A stretch of DNA of 64,000 nucleotides from an uncultured Actinomycetes bacterium (GTDB lineage Bacteria; Actinomycetota; Thermoleophilia; UBA2241), in contig CAVYCN010000019.1 of the NCBI GenBank assembly GCA_963767005.1, positions 96,001 through 160,000 on the forward strand, in the 5' to 3' direction. The number at the start of each line of letters is the position of its first letter. Within the stretch, counting starts at the first letter, position 1. Made by a program: the position numbers and the translations under genes. The notes beneath the pieces were generated by a model. That model made no database searches and had not been told where the DNA came from. It saw nothing but the letters and a program-made list of their open reading frames with translations. Positions 9,934 through 21,438 of this stretch are shown in pieces.

Positions 9934-10230
9934 CCTCAACCCCCCTCGCCGTCGACTCCCGAAAGCAGAGTCCCGGCCGCGCCGCCAGGCCTGCGCGTCC
10001 GCGCCGGACCACGTCACGTCGAGCACGTCGATGAGGCGCGCCAAGCCCTTCGCCAGACCCTCCGCGGTCCGCTCGTCGGCGTCGATCCCGATCGTGATCG
10101 CGGTCCTCTGCTCCTCGATGTTGCGAGCCGTAAAGTGCTCGATGTTCACACCGCGACGCGCGACCTGCCCGGCGACACGGGCAAGGACCGCCGGGCGGTT
10201 AAGGACGAGAGCTCGCAGACAGACCCTCAC
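9934..10230 (-). CDS. ACT-domain (IlvN-like) small protein; reads in frame into CoA-transferase A
   Basis: GTG 10230 with AAGGGGAG RBS; LVLNRPAVLARVAGQVARRGVNIE...LARLIDVLDV resembles the IlvN/IlvH ACT domain; own stop is missing, so the 3' end is approximate. Confidence 0.65.
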
Positions 10231-11152
10231 GGCTCCCCTTCCACTTCGGTCGTGTCGGTCGCCGTGACCGGGAAGCAAGCCTCCATCGCGTCGAGGTAGG
10301 CCCATTGCTCGGCGATCGCGGCACGTGTGGCGTCAGGTCGAACGCGTCGGACCTGAAGCGGCCCTGGCGCGAGACGTAGTCTTCGAGGGCCGTCCCATCG
10401 GGCCGCGCGTTGATGCGGAACCGGCGGCCCGCGAAGACCTCGTAAAGCGGGAACAGGCCGCAGCCCACCGCCAGCCGACCAGGTCGACGCCCTCGGCCGG
10501 CTCGGACTTCCAGCCGGTCGGGCAGGGCGAGAGCATCACCAGGAAGCGAAAGCCGCGCAGCCGGCGGGCGAGCCGTACCTTGCGCAGCAAGTCCTCGCGG
10601 TGGGCCAGCGACAGCGTCGCCGCGTAGGGGACCCGGTGCGCTGCCAACATCGCCATGATGTCCTTCTTGGGCTCGGCCTTGCCGTCGGCGTCGTGCTGGT
10701 CTTCGCGCCCGGCGGCGTCGCGCTGGAGCGCTGCCCGCCGGTGTTGCCGTAGATCTCGTTGTCGTAGCAGATGTAGATCATGTCCTCGTTGCGCTCGGCG
10801 GCCGCCGACAGAGTCGCCATGCCGATGTCGTACGTGCCGCCGTCGCCGGCCCAGCAGACCGTCGGCGCCGTCTCATCGTTCATCGCGCGCACGCGCGCGA
10901 CCCCGGTGGCCACCGACGGCGAGCTGGCGAAGGTCGTGGCGACGGCGGGCACGCCGAAGGCGGTGGTCGGGAAATAGCCGGGCGTGACCGACGCGCAGCA
11001 GGCAGGGACGATCATCGTCGGCCGCTCGGCGCCCAGCGCCTCGTCGAGCCATTGCAGGCCGAGCGACATGCCGCAGCCCGCGCAGTCCCGTTGCCGGAGC
11101 GCCGCAGCGCGTCGTCGCTGCGAGGCCGGACGCCGTCGCCCGCGCCGCTCAT
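10227..11152 (-). CDS. porB: 2-oxoacid:ferredoxin oxidoreductase beta subunit (frameshifted)
   Basis: CAGCG, TPP motif WAGDGGTYDIG...YDNEIYGNTGGQRSS, SPCPTGW, spread over several frames. Confidence 0.85.
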
Positions 11153-12324
11153 GGGACCACCTCCCCGACGAAGACCGCATCGGCCGCGGCGGCGCGGTCG
11201 TCGAGGTCATCGAGGATGCCCTCGATGACCGCGGGCGCCACGTCGCTGCCGCCGAGTCCCACGATGTAGTCCTGGAGCAGCACGTCGGGCCGCGCGCCGA
11301 GGCTCGTGGCGATCTCGGCCCAGAAGATGCCGCCGGAGCCCGGCGAGTGGTTGCGGTCGAGCACCGCCACGCGCCGCGCCGAGCCGAGCGCCGTGACGAA
11401 GGCCCGCCTCAGGAAGGGCCGGAAGAGCTTGAGCCTTACCAGGCCGACTTTCTCGCCGGCCGCCCGCCGCGCCGCGACGACCTCTCTGGCGGTCTCGGCC
11501 ATCGTGTTGCAGGCGACGAGCACCACGTCGGCGTCCTCCGTGTGCTCCGCCGAGAAGGCCGCGGCCGGCCGGCGGCCGAAGACCTGCTCGAACTCGTCGA
11601 GCGCGTCGGACATCGCCTCGGGCACCCTGTCCATGGCCGCCTGGATCTCGGCTCGCTGCCGCTGCGTGTCGTGCGGCCAGGTCATGCCGCCGTACATCCT
11701 CGGGTGGGCGAAGTCGAGCCGATGCGGCAGGTCGAGCGGCGGCAGGTACTCGTCGACCAGCTCCTGCTCGGGCAGGTCGACGACCATCTGCGTGTGCGAC
11801 AGCAGAAAGCCGTCCTGCGCGACCAGCGCCGGCAGGAGCACCCGGTGGTCCTCGGCCACCCGGAAGGCGACCAGGATCGTGTCGACCAGGTCCTGGTGCG
11901 AGTCGCAGTAGAACTGCAGCCATGGCGCATCCCGCAGGGCGAGGCTGTCGCCCTGGTCGATCCAGATGTTCCACGGCGGGCCCAGCGTGCGGTTGGAGGC
12001 GACCATCACGATCGGCAGGCGGTAGTAGCCCGCCGCGAAGACGTTCTCGGTCATGTAGAGGAGCCCGTTGGAGGAGCTCGCCGTGAACGAGCGGGCACCC
12101 GCCAGCGAGCCGCCGATGCAGACGCCCATGGCGCTGTGCTCGGACTCGACCGGCACGACGCTGCCCTTGGCGAAGGAGTGCGCCATGAGGTACTCGATGA
12201 TCTCGGTCTGCGGCGTGATGGGATAGACGCCCGAGCAGCAGCCGCGCGCGCCGCGGTTGGCCTCGCCCGCCGCCGCCAGCGCATAGCCGGCGGCGTTATT
12301 GCCGGTGACGTAGGCGCGGCTCAT
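11149..12324 (-). CDS. porA: 2-oxoacid:ferredoxin oxidoreductase alpha subunit
   Basis: TGNNAAGYA, YPITPQTE, VESEHSAM, TASSSNGLLYM, GLGGSD. Confidence 0.9.
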   Translation of the reverse strand: MSRAYVTGNNAAGYALAAAGEANRGARGCCSGVYPITPQTEIIEYLMAHSFAKGSVVPVESEHSAMGVCIGGSLAGARSFTASSSNGLLYMTENVFAAGYYRLPIVMVASNRTLGPPWNIWIDQGDSLALRDAPWLQFYCDSHQDLVDTILVAFRVAEDHRVLLPALVAQDGFLLSHTQMVVDLPEQELVDEYLPPLDLPHRLDFAHPRMYGGMTWPHDTQRQRAEIQAAMDRVPEAMSDALDEFEQVFGRRPAAAFSAEHTEDADVVLVACNTMAETAREVVAARRAAGEKVGLVRLKLFRPFLRRAFVTALGSARRVAVLDRNHSPGSGGIFWAEIATSLGARPDVLLQDYIVGLGGSDVAPAVIEGILDDLDDRAAAADAVFVGEVVP

Positions 12325-14550
12325 CCGGCCACCGCCGTGACGCCGTCCTCCATGACGATGGCCCCGCGAGGACACTGCGCGACGCACAGACCCGCAGCCC
12401 TTGCAGTACTCGTAGTCGAACACGTAACCGCCCTCCCTGTCGAGGCAGACGACTCCCTCGGGGCAGTAGGCCACGCACGTGTCGCACTCGTTGCAGGCGC
12501 CACAGCTCAGGCAGCGGTCGGCTTCGGCGACCGTCGCGTCCTCGCCGGCCCGTCGACCAGGCCGCGGCGGACCTCGAGGAAGCTGTGCCGCCGCTCGTCG
12601 AGGGGCGCCAGGGCGCCTCTGTGCTGCGGGCTGCGGGGGAAGCGCGCGAAGTCGACCACGTCGGTTCCGGCGAGCTCGTGCGGCTCCGCGGGGGCGAGCT
12701 CGCGGCCGGCCAGCAGCGCGTCGATGCACGCGGCCGCCAGCCGGCCGCTGCCCACGCCCGCCGCCACGGTGCCCTCGGCGACGGCGAGGTCGCCGGCGAC
12801 GAAGAGCGGCGCGTCCGTGCTCGCGTCGGCGACGCGGCCGTCCACGATCTCGGCGCCCTCGGGCAGGACGGACAGGTCCGCCGCCTGCCCGAGCGCCAGC
12901 AGCACGCGATCGCAGGGCACCTCGGCGAGGCGTCGCCCTCGAGGGGGACGGCGCGACGCCGACCGGACTCATCGGGCTCCCCGAGCCGCATGCGCCGGCA
13001 GACCAGGACGAGCCCGTCGTCGGCCTTGTCGAGCCGGACGGGCGCCTGGAGCTCGTCGAGCTCGATGCCTTCTTCGAGCGCCTCGTCGACCTCTTCGGCG
13101 ATCGCCGGCATCTCCGCGCGGGTGCGGCGATAGACCACGCGCACCTGTCGCGCGCCGAGACGCGCCGCGCAGCGCGCGGCGTCCATCGCCGTGTTGCCGC
13201 CACCCAGCACGACGACGCTGGCGCCGCGCACCGACGCCCTGCCCTTGCGGGCGCCGTCGAGGAACTCGAGGCCCTGCACGACCCTGCCGCCGGGCACGCT
13301 GCCCAGATCGAGCGCGGGCTGCTCTGCAGCCCGGTCGCCACGAGCACGGCGGCGTACTCACGGCGCAACCGGCCAAGACCCTCGCGATCGACGGCACGAC
13401 CGACCTCGACCTCGACCCCATGACGCACGATGAAGTCGATCTCGCGGTCGAGCACGTCGCGCGGCAGTCGATACGGCGGGATGCCGCGACGCAGCAGGCC
13501 GCCCGTCTCGTCGGCCGCCTCGAAGACCGTCACCCGGTAGCCGGCGCGCGCGAGGTGATAGGCGGCGCTCAGCCCGGCCGGGCCCGAGCCGACGACGGCG
13601 ACGCGTTCGAGCCGCGACGGTCCGCACGTTCGCGGCCACGTGCCCCGTTGGGCGACCGCGCGCTCGATCTCGCGCACGTTCACCGCCTCGTCGAGCTGCG
13701 AGCGGTTGCAGGCGGCCATGCACGGCGCCGGGCAGACGCGGCCGCAGATGCCCGGGAACGGCGTCGTGTGCAGCAGGGTCGCCAGGGCGCCGTCGCAGTC
13801 CCCGCGGACCGCCGCCTGCACGAAGCCGCGCACGTCGTTGCCCGCGGGACAGGCCGCGTCGCAGCGCGCCGCCAGCCGGCGGCCGCGCGGCCGGCGCGAG
13901 GCCCACTCTCCCGTACGGGTCGTGGGAAGGCCGCCCACATCCTCGTCGAGAAACCCCACGGCGGCGGTGCGGCGAGCGCGACGGCCGGCGGACCGCAGCG
14001 GCCCGGCAGCTCCTGCGCTGCACCTCGTCGAACGCCGCCCGTGCGGCGGCGAGGTTTCCGCCGGCGAACCGCGCCTCGCGCAGGGCGGCCTCGACGTCCG
14101 CGAGCGCGAGGCCCAGCAGCTTGGCCACGGCGCCGAGGATCGTCGTGTTGACGATCGGCAGGGCGGTGGTCCCGAGATGGTTGGCGGCGGCGATGGCGTC
14201 GGCGTCGACCGTGGCCACGCGCCGGCCCGGGAAGAGCGTCGCGAAGGCGCCGGGCGGCCGCGGCGTGTTGAGCATCAGCCACCCCCCGGGCTTCAGCCCC
14301 GCGGCGACCGGCGGGGCGATCAGCGACGGTCGATGACGACGACGTGGTCGGGCTCCGCGATGGGCAGGTGCGCCGTGATCTCGTTCGCGTCGACCCGGAC
14401 GAAGGACTGCACCGGGGCCCCCGCGCGCTCGGCGCCGTAGACGCCGAACGCCTGCACGTAGTCGCCCCGCAGAAAGTAGGCGCCGGCGATCAGCTTCGCG
14501 AGCGTGACGCCGCCGCGACCGCCGCGACCCTGGATCACGATCTCGAGCAT
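12321..14550 (-). CDS. Apparent fusion of OFOR gamma subunit, GltD-like FAD/NAD(P) oxidoreductase and 2x[4Fe-4S] delta domain (frameshifted)
   Basis: GRGGRGGVT / YGAERAGAPV (gamma); CPAGNDV, GICGRVCPAPC, GSGPAGL, GGGNTAMD (GltD); CLSCGACNECDTCVAYCP and CKGCG..CP (ferredoxin). Confidence 0.75.
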
Positions 14551-14557
14551 GGCCCGA

Positions 14558-15475
14558 TCACCTCGCCGCGTAGACCGGGTAGCACCAGCGCCGGTAGGCG
14601 GTAGCTTGCCGCGCACCACGGCGGCGTAGAGGTCGCTCACCGCCGCCGTCACCGGCCCCGCTCGTCCGTCGCCCACGGTGCGGTGGTCGATCTCGTAGAC
14701 GGGCGTGATCTCGGCCGCCGTCCCGCACAGGAAGACCTCGTCGGAGACGTAGAGCTCGCTGCGGTTCACCGACCGCTCGACGACCTCGAGACCGAGCTCC
14801 GCCACGGCCAGCTCCATCACGCACTCCCGGGTGATGCCGGCCAGCAGGTCGTCGCCGGCAGCCGGCGTGACCAGGGGCCATCCTGGACCAGGAAGATGTT
14901 CTCGCCCGTGCCCTCGGCCACGTGGCCGGACGCCGTCAGCGTCAGGGCTTCGTCGAAGCCGTTGGCCATGGCCTCGTATCGCGCGAGGGCCATGGCGGAG
15001 TACATGCCGCCGATCTTGGCCCGCGCCGGCGCGACGTTGCCTTCGGGACGCCGCCAGGAGCTCACGCAGCAGCGGATGCCGCCGGCGGCGAGGTACCGGC
15101 CCATCGGCACGTAGAAGATGACCAGGCTGTCCTCGAGGTCGGCCCGCCACACGCCGATCGCTTCGTGCTCTTGAAGACGATGGGACGCAGGTGCACGTCG
15201 ACCCTGACGCCGTCCCGCGCCAGGAGCGCCACGCTGATCGCGCAGAGCTCGTCCTCGGAATGCGGCAGCGCCATGTCGTAGAATCCAGCGGAACGATGGA
15301 GGCGGGAGTAGTGGCGATCGGCGCGGAACAGATAGAGCTCCTCGGTGTCGGCGTCCCAGTAGGCGCGGATGCCCTCGAACACGCTCGTGCCGTAGTTGAG
15401 AGCATGGCTTTCGATGCCGAACGTCAGCCCTCCGAGGGCGACGAACCGACCATCCAGAAACGCCGATACCTCCAT
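14558..15475 (-). CDS. ilvE: Branched-chain amino acid aminotransferase, class IV (frameshifted)
   Basis: ALNYGTSVFEGIRAY, ARAKIGGMY, VAEGTGENIF, LAGITR, FLCGTAAEITPV. Confidence 0.88.
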
Positions 15476-15501
15476 GACCCTCCTCGCCGTGCGCATGCCG
15501 A

Positions 15502-15538
15502 TTGACGCAAAGAGTAACTGTATATATCAATGTGTCAA
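15502..15538. promoter_or_regulatory. Overlapping divergent promoters of ilvE and gntR with an AT-rich candidate operator
   Basis: TTGACG on + (15502) and TTGACA on - (15538) flank GTAACTGTATATATCAAT. Confidence 0.6.
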
Positions 15539-15603
15539 GCCGGGCCCTGGCGTGCGTTCGAACGCAGGTGGCGGGCATCCGTCGACGAGGGGAGCGAAGC
15601 GCG

Positions 15604-16354
15604 ATGAGATCTTCCAGAGATCCCTCGGCGTTCTCGTCGGCCGTGCCCCCGGCACCGGTGAGCGCGGTGAGTCCGAGCGACCTCACCGCCGCCCTGATCC
15701 GCGGCATGATCTACTCGGGCGAGCTCACGCCCGGCGATTGGCTGCCGCCCGGTCGCGAGCTGGCCGACCACCTGGGCATCTCTGTGCTCACGCTGAGAGT
15801 GGCGCTGAAGTCGCTCGAGGGCGCCGGCTTCATCGTGGCACGAGCAGAGGAGCGCACGGCGGATCGCGCGTGGTCGACATCGAGACCCTCACCCGCTGCT
15901 GGACCGATTGGATGCGCGACAAGGTGCACGACATCGACGACCTCTGGGAGTTCCGCGAGATCGTCGAGGCGAACATCGCCTCGCTCGCGGCCGGGCATCG
16001 CAGCGCCGCAGAGCTGCATGCCATCGAGGCGGCCTGGGCGGCGGCGGCCACCGACAGCCACGCCGCGTTCCTGCGCTGGAACGCCGTGTTCCACGACGCG
16101 CTCGCGACGGCGTCGCACAGCTGGCGCCTGACCGAAGCCATGCTCGCCGTGCGCCGCGAACTCTTCCTGCCGGTAGCGCTCGCTACTGCGCAAGCATCGG
16201 GCCGAAGAGCTGCGCGATTCGCACACCCAGATCCTCGAAGCGATGCGTCTGCGCCGGCCGGCGCGGGCCGCCGACGCCATGCGCAGTCACCTGGCCAACA
16301 CCCGTCGATGGCGACGACGTGCTGGCCGAGACGCTCGGCGCACGGCGCCTGTAG
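15604..16354 (+). CDS. GntR (FadR-type) transcriptional regulator (frameshifted)
   Basis: GELTPGDWLPPGRELADHLGISVLTLRVALKSLE wHTH; FCD-like DLWEFREIVE...FHDALA...AMRSHL. Confidence 0.8.
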
Positions 16355-16390
16355 GCCGCGCGGTCGGCGCCGCCGTCAGACGGCGGCGGG

Positions 16391-17091
16391 CTACCTGGTC
16401 GTCGCCGCTCCGCGCCCGCCCCGACCCCCTGCGAAGATGCGCGCATCGAGGGCGACACAGCCCCGGGCCAAAGCGATCCGGGGTTCAAGTCGATCTCGGC
16501 GATCTCGGTGTGACGACCAGAAGGTCGCCGATCCTGACGAGACGTCGGCGACCGCGTCGCGGTGAACCGGCGGCTGGCCGCGGAAGCCTCGAGCGGCCGC
16601 GCGGCGGCAGCTCGGTGGCGTCTCCAGGCCGTCTGGGCGTCGCAACGACGCGACGCGGAACACAACGTCGGCCAGCAGCTCGGCCAACACGCCGCCCAGC
16701 CCGCCATCACCGTCGGCCCGAAGGTGGCGTCGCGCACGGCGCCAACGATCGACTCGCGACCGCCGAAGACGTGGCCGGCCACGAGGACGCCGTCGATACG
16801 CGCACCCGGCAGCGCGTGCTCACGGCGCAGCCGAGCGTGGCCAGGCCCGCTCGCAGCCCCGTCTCGTCGCTCAGACCGATGACCACGCCGCCGGCGACGG
16901 TCTTGTGGACCACGTCGCGGGAGATGACCTTCAGGACGACCGGGTAGCCGATGCGCGCGGCGATGCCGGCAACGGCCTCGGCGGCAGAGCCCATGCCGTG
17001 CTCGACGCAGGAGATGCCGCAGAGCAGAAGGAGCGCGGCGGCTTCCGGCTCCAGCAGCATGCTCGTCGAGCTGCTCCGCGGTGACGCTCAC
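16391..17091 (-). CDS. ADP-forming acyl-CoA synthetase beta (ATP-grasp) subunit (frameshifted)
   Basis: LLEPEAAALL, IGYPVVLKVISRDVVHKT..GGV, GAVRDATFGPTVMAG, EIAEIDLNP. Confidence 0.78.
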
Positions 17092-18480
17092 GATCCCACC
17101 TCCGCTCCCCGTCGTTTCTCCGCATACCAGCAGCCGGCGGCGATCGCCCGCATCGCCCGCTCCGGCGATGGGAAGACGCGGGCACGCCCAGCCGCTGCAT
17201 CCTGCGCCGTTCGACCTGTTCGACGGCGCCGCCGCCGTAGTACGCGGCGCAGACGGCGGCCCGCGGACTTCGGCGGCCAGCTCGGCGGCCAGCTCCGCCG
17301 CCCCCGGGACCGGGTCGCCGAAGATCAGCAGGATCGTGTCGACGAACCCGGCGGCGTCGGCCAGCCGCGCCGCCGTGCGGAACTGGTCCACACCGATCGT
17401 CGCCAGGTCGAGCGGATTGGCGAACGAGCCCCACTCGGCGAGGTCCATGCCCCTGAGCCCCGCGACGAGGTCGGGCGGCAGGACGGGCAGGACGAGGCCG
17501 TGCGCGTCGCCCACGTCGGCGGCGAGCGCGCAGCTACCGCCGGACGAGGAGACGACGAGCACCCTGCGCGCCCGGTAACGGGCGCACGCTCGCGAGGATC
17601 TTGGCGGCGTCGTAGAAGGATTCGGAATCGTCGGCCGCGCCACGCCGTACTCGCGGCGGGCCCGCTCGAACACCTGATCGGAGCCGGCGAGCGACCCGGT
17701 GTGCGAGGCGACGGCCTCGCGGCCGCGCTGCGAGCGCCCGCACTTGGACACAGCGAGCGGCTTCTTCAAGGCCACGCTCCTGGCGGCCGCCACGAAGCGC
17801 GGACCGTCGGACACGCCCTCGAGGTACAGGGCCACGGCCCGCGTGTCGTCGTCGTCGGCCAGCAGGTCCGCACCGCGTCCGCCTGCGCAGATGTCGGCCT
17901 GGTTGCCGAGACTGATCGAGGCACTGACGCCGAGGCCGTCGTCCTGGGCCCAGTCGGTGATCACGCCGCCACGACCGTGCCGCTCTGCCCGACCACCGCG
18001 AGGGGCCCGTGCTCGGTCGTCGCCCGGCCAGAACACGGCGCACAACCGGTTGGGCCCGTACGACACGCCCTGGATGTTGAGCCCGAACAGGCGCAGGCCG
18101 CGCTCGCGCGCGATGGCCACGAGCTCCCTGTCGAACTCGGGCTTGCCGGAGACTGACTCGCGCCCGCCGGCGCTGATCACGATCGCTCCGGCCGCTCCCT
18201 TGTCGGCGGCCTCGTGCAGGACGCCCGGCACGAACCGGGCTCGCGCGGCGATCACCACGAGGTCGATCTCGCCGGGGATGTCCGTGACCGCGGGGTAGCA
18301 CGTGAGGCCCGACACCTTCTCGGCCCTGGGGTTGACCGGGAAAACCTCGCCGGTGAACCCCCCGGCCAGGATCGACGGCACCAGCACGCCGCTGAACTTG
18401 CTCGGGTCCTGCGACGCACCGACCACGGCGACGCGTCGCGCCTTCAGCATCCGCCAGATGGCGTCCGTGTCACCCACCAC
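17088..18480 (-). CDS. ADP-forming acyl-CoA synthetase alpha (CoA-binding) subunit (frameshifted)
   Basis: VAVVGASQDPSK, FPVNP, SLGNQAD, AVASHTGSLAG (phospho-His), SSSGG, NPLDL. Confidence 0.85.
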
Positions 18481-18537
18481 GCTCTCCTTCACTCGTGCAC
18501 AGTCCGAAACGGAAGAGGACGCCCCCGTTCATCACGA

Positions 18538-19912
18538 TCACCGCAGCAGCTCGAGCGCGACCTGCTCGACGAAGAACGCCTCGAACGCCAGGTCGGCCAC
18601 CGCGATGCGCTCGTCGACGTTGTGGCAGCGCGGCCACACGTCCTTGTAGCTCTCCACGACGTGCGGATCGAAGTTGTGGGCGACGACGTCGGGGAAGGCG
18701 CGCGCAGCCAGCGCGAGTCGGTGAACCCGACGCAGTGCGTGTTGCCCAGGACGGCGCCCGGCACGTGGCGCTCGAGCACCGCGCGCACGGCCTCCGAAAG
18801 CGGCGACGGGTACGGCGAGGCGTTGCCGCGCACGACGTTGATCCATTCGAGCTCCCACTCGGCCTCGACGCCCTGTAGCGCGGCATACACCATGGCCTGG
18901 ACGCGGCCTCGTCGTCGCCGGCCAGCGTGCGGCAGTCCACGCCGAGCTCCACCCCCTGTGGTCGGAAAGACGTTCACTCCCCCGGGTTGTCGGACCGCAC
19001 GGTGGTGACCGAGAACGCAAAGCCGTACAGCGGCTCGATCATGGCGGCCAGGCCGGGTTCGCGATCCGCCAGCTCGTCGAGGGCGGCGCGCGCCCGCGCG
19101 GGGTCGCGCAGGCGGGCGCGCAGGTCGGGATGCCGGCGACCAGGTACCCGACGAGGTCGCGCGACTGATCGACGACCTCGACCGGCAGCTCGCAGGCGGC
19201 GAGCGCCGCGGCCACGCGTGCGGCGGCGAGCACGGCGTTGCCCTGCCGCAGCGGCACCGAGCCGTGACCGGCGCGGCCGTGCACGACGATGCGGAACTGG
19301 GCCGCGCCCTTCTCGCCGCTCTGCAGCAGGAAGAGGCGGCGATCGCCGCACGGCACGTAGGCGCCGTCTCCCTCGTTCAGGACGTAGTCGCAGCGCAGGA
19401 GATCGGGGCGCTGCTCGAGCAGCCAGCGCACCCCGCCACCGGTGCGGCGCTTGCCCACCGTCGGCCGTGCAGGCATAGGTGACCGTGCCGGCGAAGGGCG
19501 CGCCAGTGGCGGCCAGGCGCCGCACGGCGACGGCGTTGGCCGCCACGAGGTTCTTGATATCCACGGCCCCGCGGCCCCAGACGTAGCCGTCCTTCACGAG
19601 GCCCGAGAACGGCGGGACCTGCCAGTCGGCCGGGTCAGCCGGCACGACGTCTTCGTGGGCCAGCAGCAGGAGGGTCGGCCCCGGCCTGCTGCCCTCGAGC
19701 CGGCAGACGAAGCTGGCTCGCCCAGGCTCGCCGACGACCTCGCCCTGCAGCCCGTGCCCACGAAACCACTCGGCCATGAACGTCGCCACGGCCGTCTCGT
19801 TGCCCGGCGGGTTGCTCGTGTCGATCTGGATGAGCCGGCTGAGCAGGTGGGCCGACTCGCGCTCCAGGTCGGCCATCAGCGCCGGGTCGAGGCCGATGGT
19901 CGTGGTGGTCAT
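18538..19912 (-). CDS. M20/M25/M40 family metallo-hydrolase (frameshifted)
   Basis: IDTSNPPGNE, AHEDVVP, WGRGAVDIKN, NEG, GHGSVP, GFTDSR, HNVDERI. Confidence 0.85.
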
Positions 19913-21418
19913 GTCACACCTCCGAAGCGTCGGCCGGCGGCTGCGAGCGACTCTCCGCGCGAGGCGTGGCTGGTTGCCCAGTCCGGCGCCGCGACGCGGG
20001 TGGCCGCGGCATGGTCGCGCACGTACTGCTTGATGCGCTGCACCACGTCGGACGGCGCGCCGTACGCGAAGGGCCCGCTCCAGGATCTCCTCAACCCTGG
20101 CGTGGGCGCGCGCCAGCATCGTGTACTCGTCGCCGGTGCGACCCCGTGTGGTTGAAGGAGCCGCCGTAGTAGTGCTCGCCCGCCTGCACGGCGCGCCTGG
20201 TGTGCGTCTCGCCGAGGAACGAGCCGCCCGGGCCGATCTTCTCGATGATCTCGTAGGCCAGGGTCGCATCGTCGACCACGATCTCGGTGGAGAGGCGCTG
20301 CGCCATCTCCCAGATGTCGTGATCGATCACGACCTGCTCGTAGCTGTGGTGGGCGGCGTTGTCGAGCGGGCCGCCCATGGTCACGAAATCGGCCTCGCTC
20401 TGGGCCAGGATGAGGATCGCCATGGCCTTTTCGATGCCCGCCTGGACGTCGGGCCACTGCGAGTCGCTGTACCCGCCCATGCGCGTCGTCGGTAGGCCGT
20501 AGTACCTGGCCAGCGCCATCTCGCCGCTGCTGATCAGGCAGGTCTCCGCCGCGCCCATCGACAGGTAGCCGGTGCGCATGTTCATGAGGGAGCCGGTCGG
20601 AGCGTGCAGGACCTTCGCTCCCGGCCAGATCGTGTTGGCCAGCGTGCACAAAAAGAGCGTCTCGGCATCACCCAGCAGCAGGTTGGCAGCCACCACGTCG
20701 CCGGCGTGGCGACCCCGGCGATCGGCATGGGGCAGACGTCGACCGGACAGTGCCGCCCGACGACGTGCATGATGATGTCGCCCTCGCGCGCGCCCAGCAC
20801 GAGCGGCGTGGTTGTGTTGATCTCGGCCCACGTGCCGGGAGCGCTGTCGAGGCTGTCGGTGCCGGCCGCCACCATCGCGAGATCGAGCGACGTGCGGGCG
20901 TCGCCGACGTTGCCTGGCGCGCAGAGACTGAGCTTGCCGGTGACGGCCAGCACGAGCCCGAGCGTGTCGGCCACGTCGATCTCGGCCGGCACGTCGCTCG
21001 ACGGGTACTGGATGGCGACCGTGAACTCGGCGCCGGGCAGCGCGTTGGTCACCCGGCAGAGATCGATCACGTCCTGGCGGCGGGGCGGGCGGAACTCGTG
21101 AGCGCCGTAGTCGAGCATCTTCGGCATCTTCACGCGCACGCCGGCGTGCTGCCTACCGTCGGGGACGGTGAACCGCGACCCGCCCGGGCGCACGAGCTCG
21201 AAGGTCCGCGGGAGCTGAGCCATCGCCTCCTCGACCATGGCGGCGGGCAGACGCACCACGTCGGTCTGCCCCAGCGCCTTGGCGCCGGCGCGCTCGAGCA
21301 CCTCTCGGCAGCGGTCGTTCTCGACGCGCACGCCGACGTTCTCGAGGACCCTCAGCGACTCGGCGTGGATCCGGTCGAGCGCCTTCTCGTCGAGCAGGGA
21401 CACGGCCTTGGTCGCCAT
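19909..21418 (-). CDS. mttB: MttB-superfamily corrinoid methyltransferase, non-pyrrolysine (frameshifted)
   Basis: RIHAESLRVLENVGV, TTPL, SDSQWPDVQAGIEKAM, EQVVIDHD, IGPGGSFLGETHT; no in-frame TAG at the Pyl-equivalent position. Confidence 0.85.
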
Positions 21419-21438
21419 CTCGTCGCACGCTCCCCTTG

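Noticed and set aside
11149-13959. 936-aa GltD-PorA fusion
   Set aside because: The middle is out-of-frame sequence; porA starts at 12324 with an ATGA overlap
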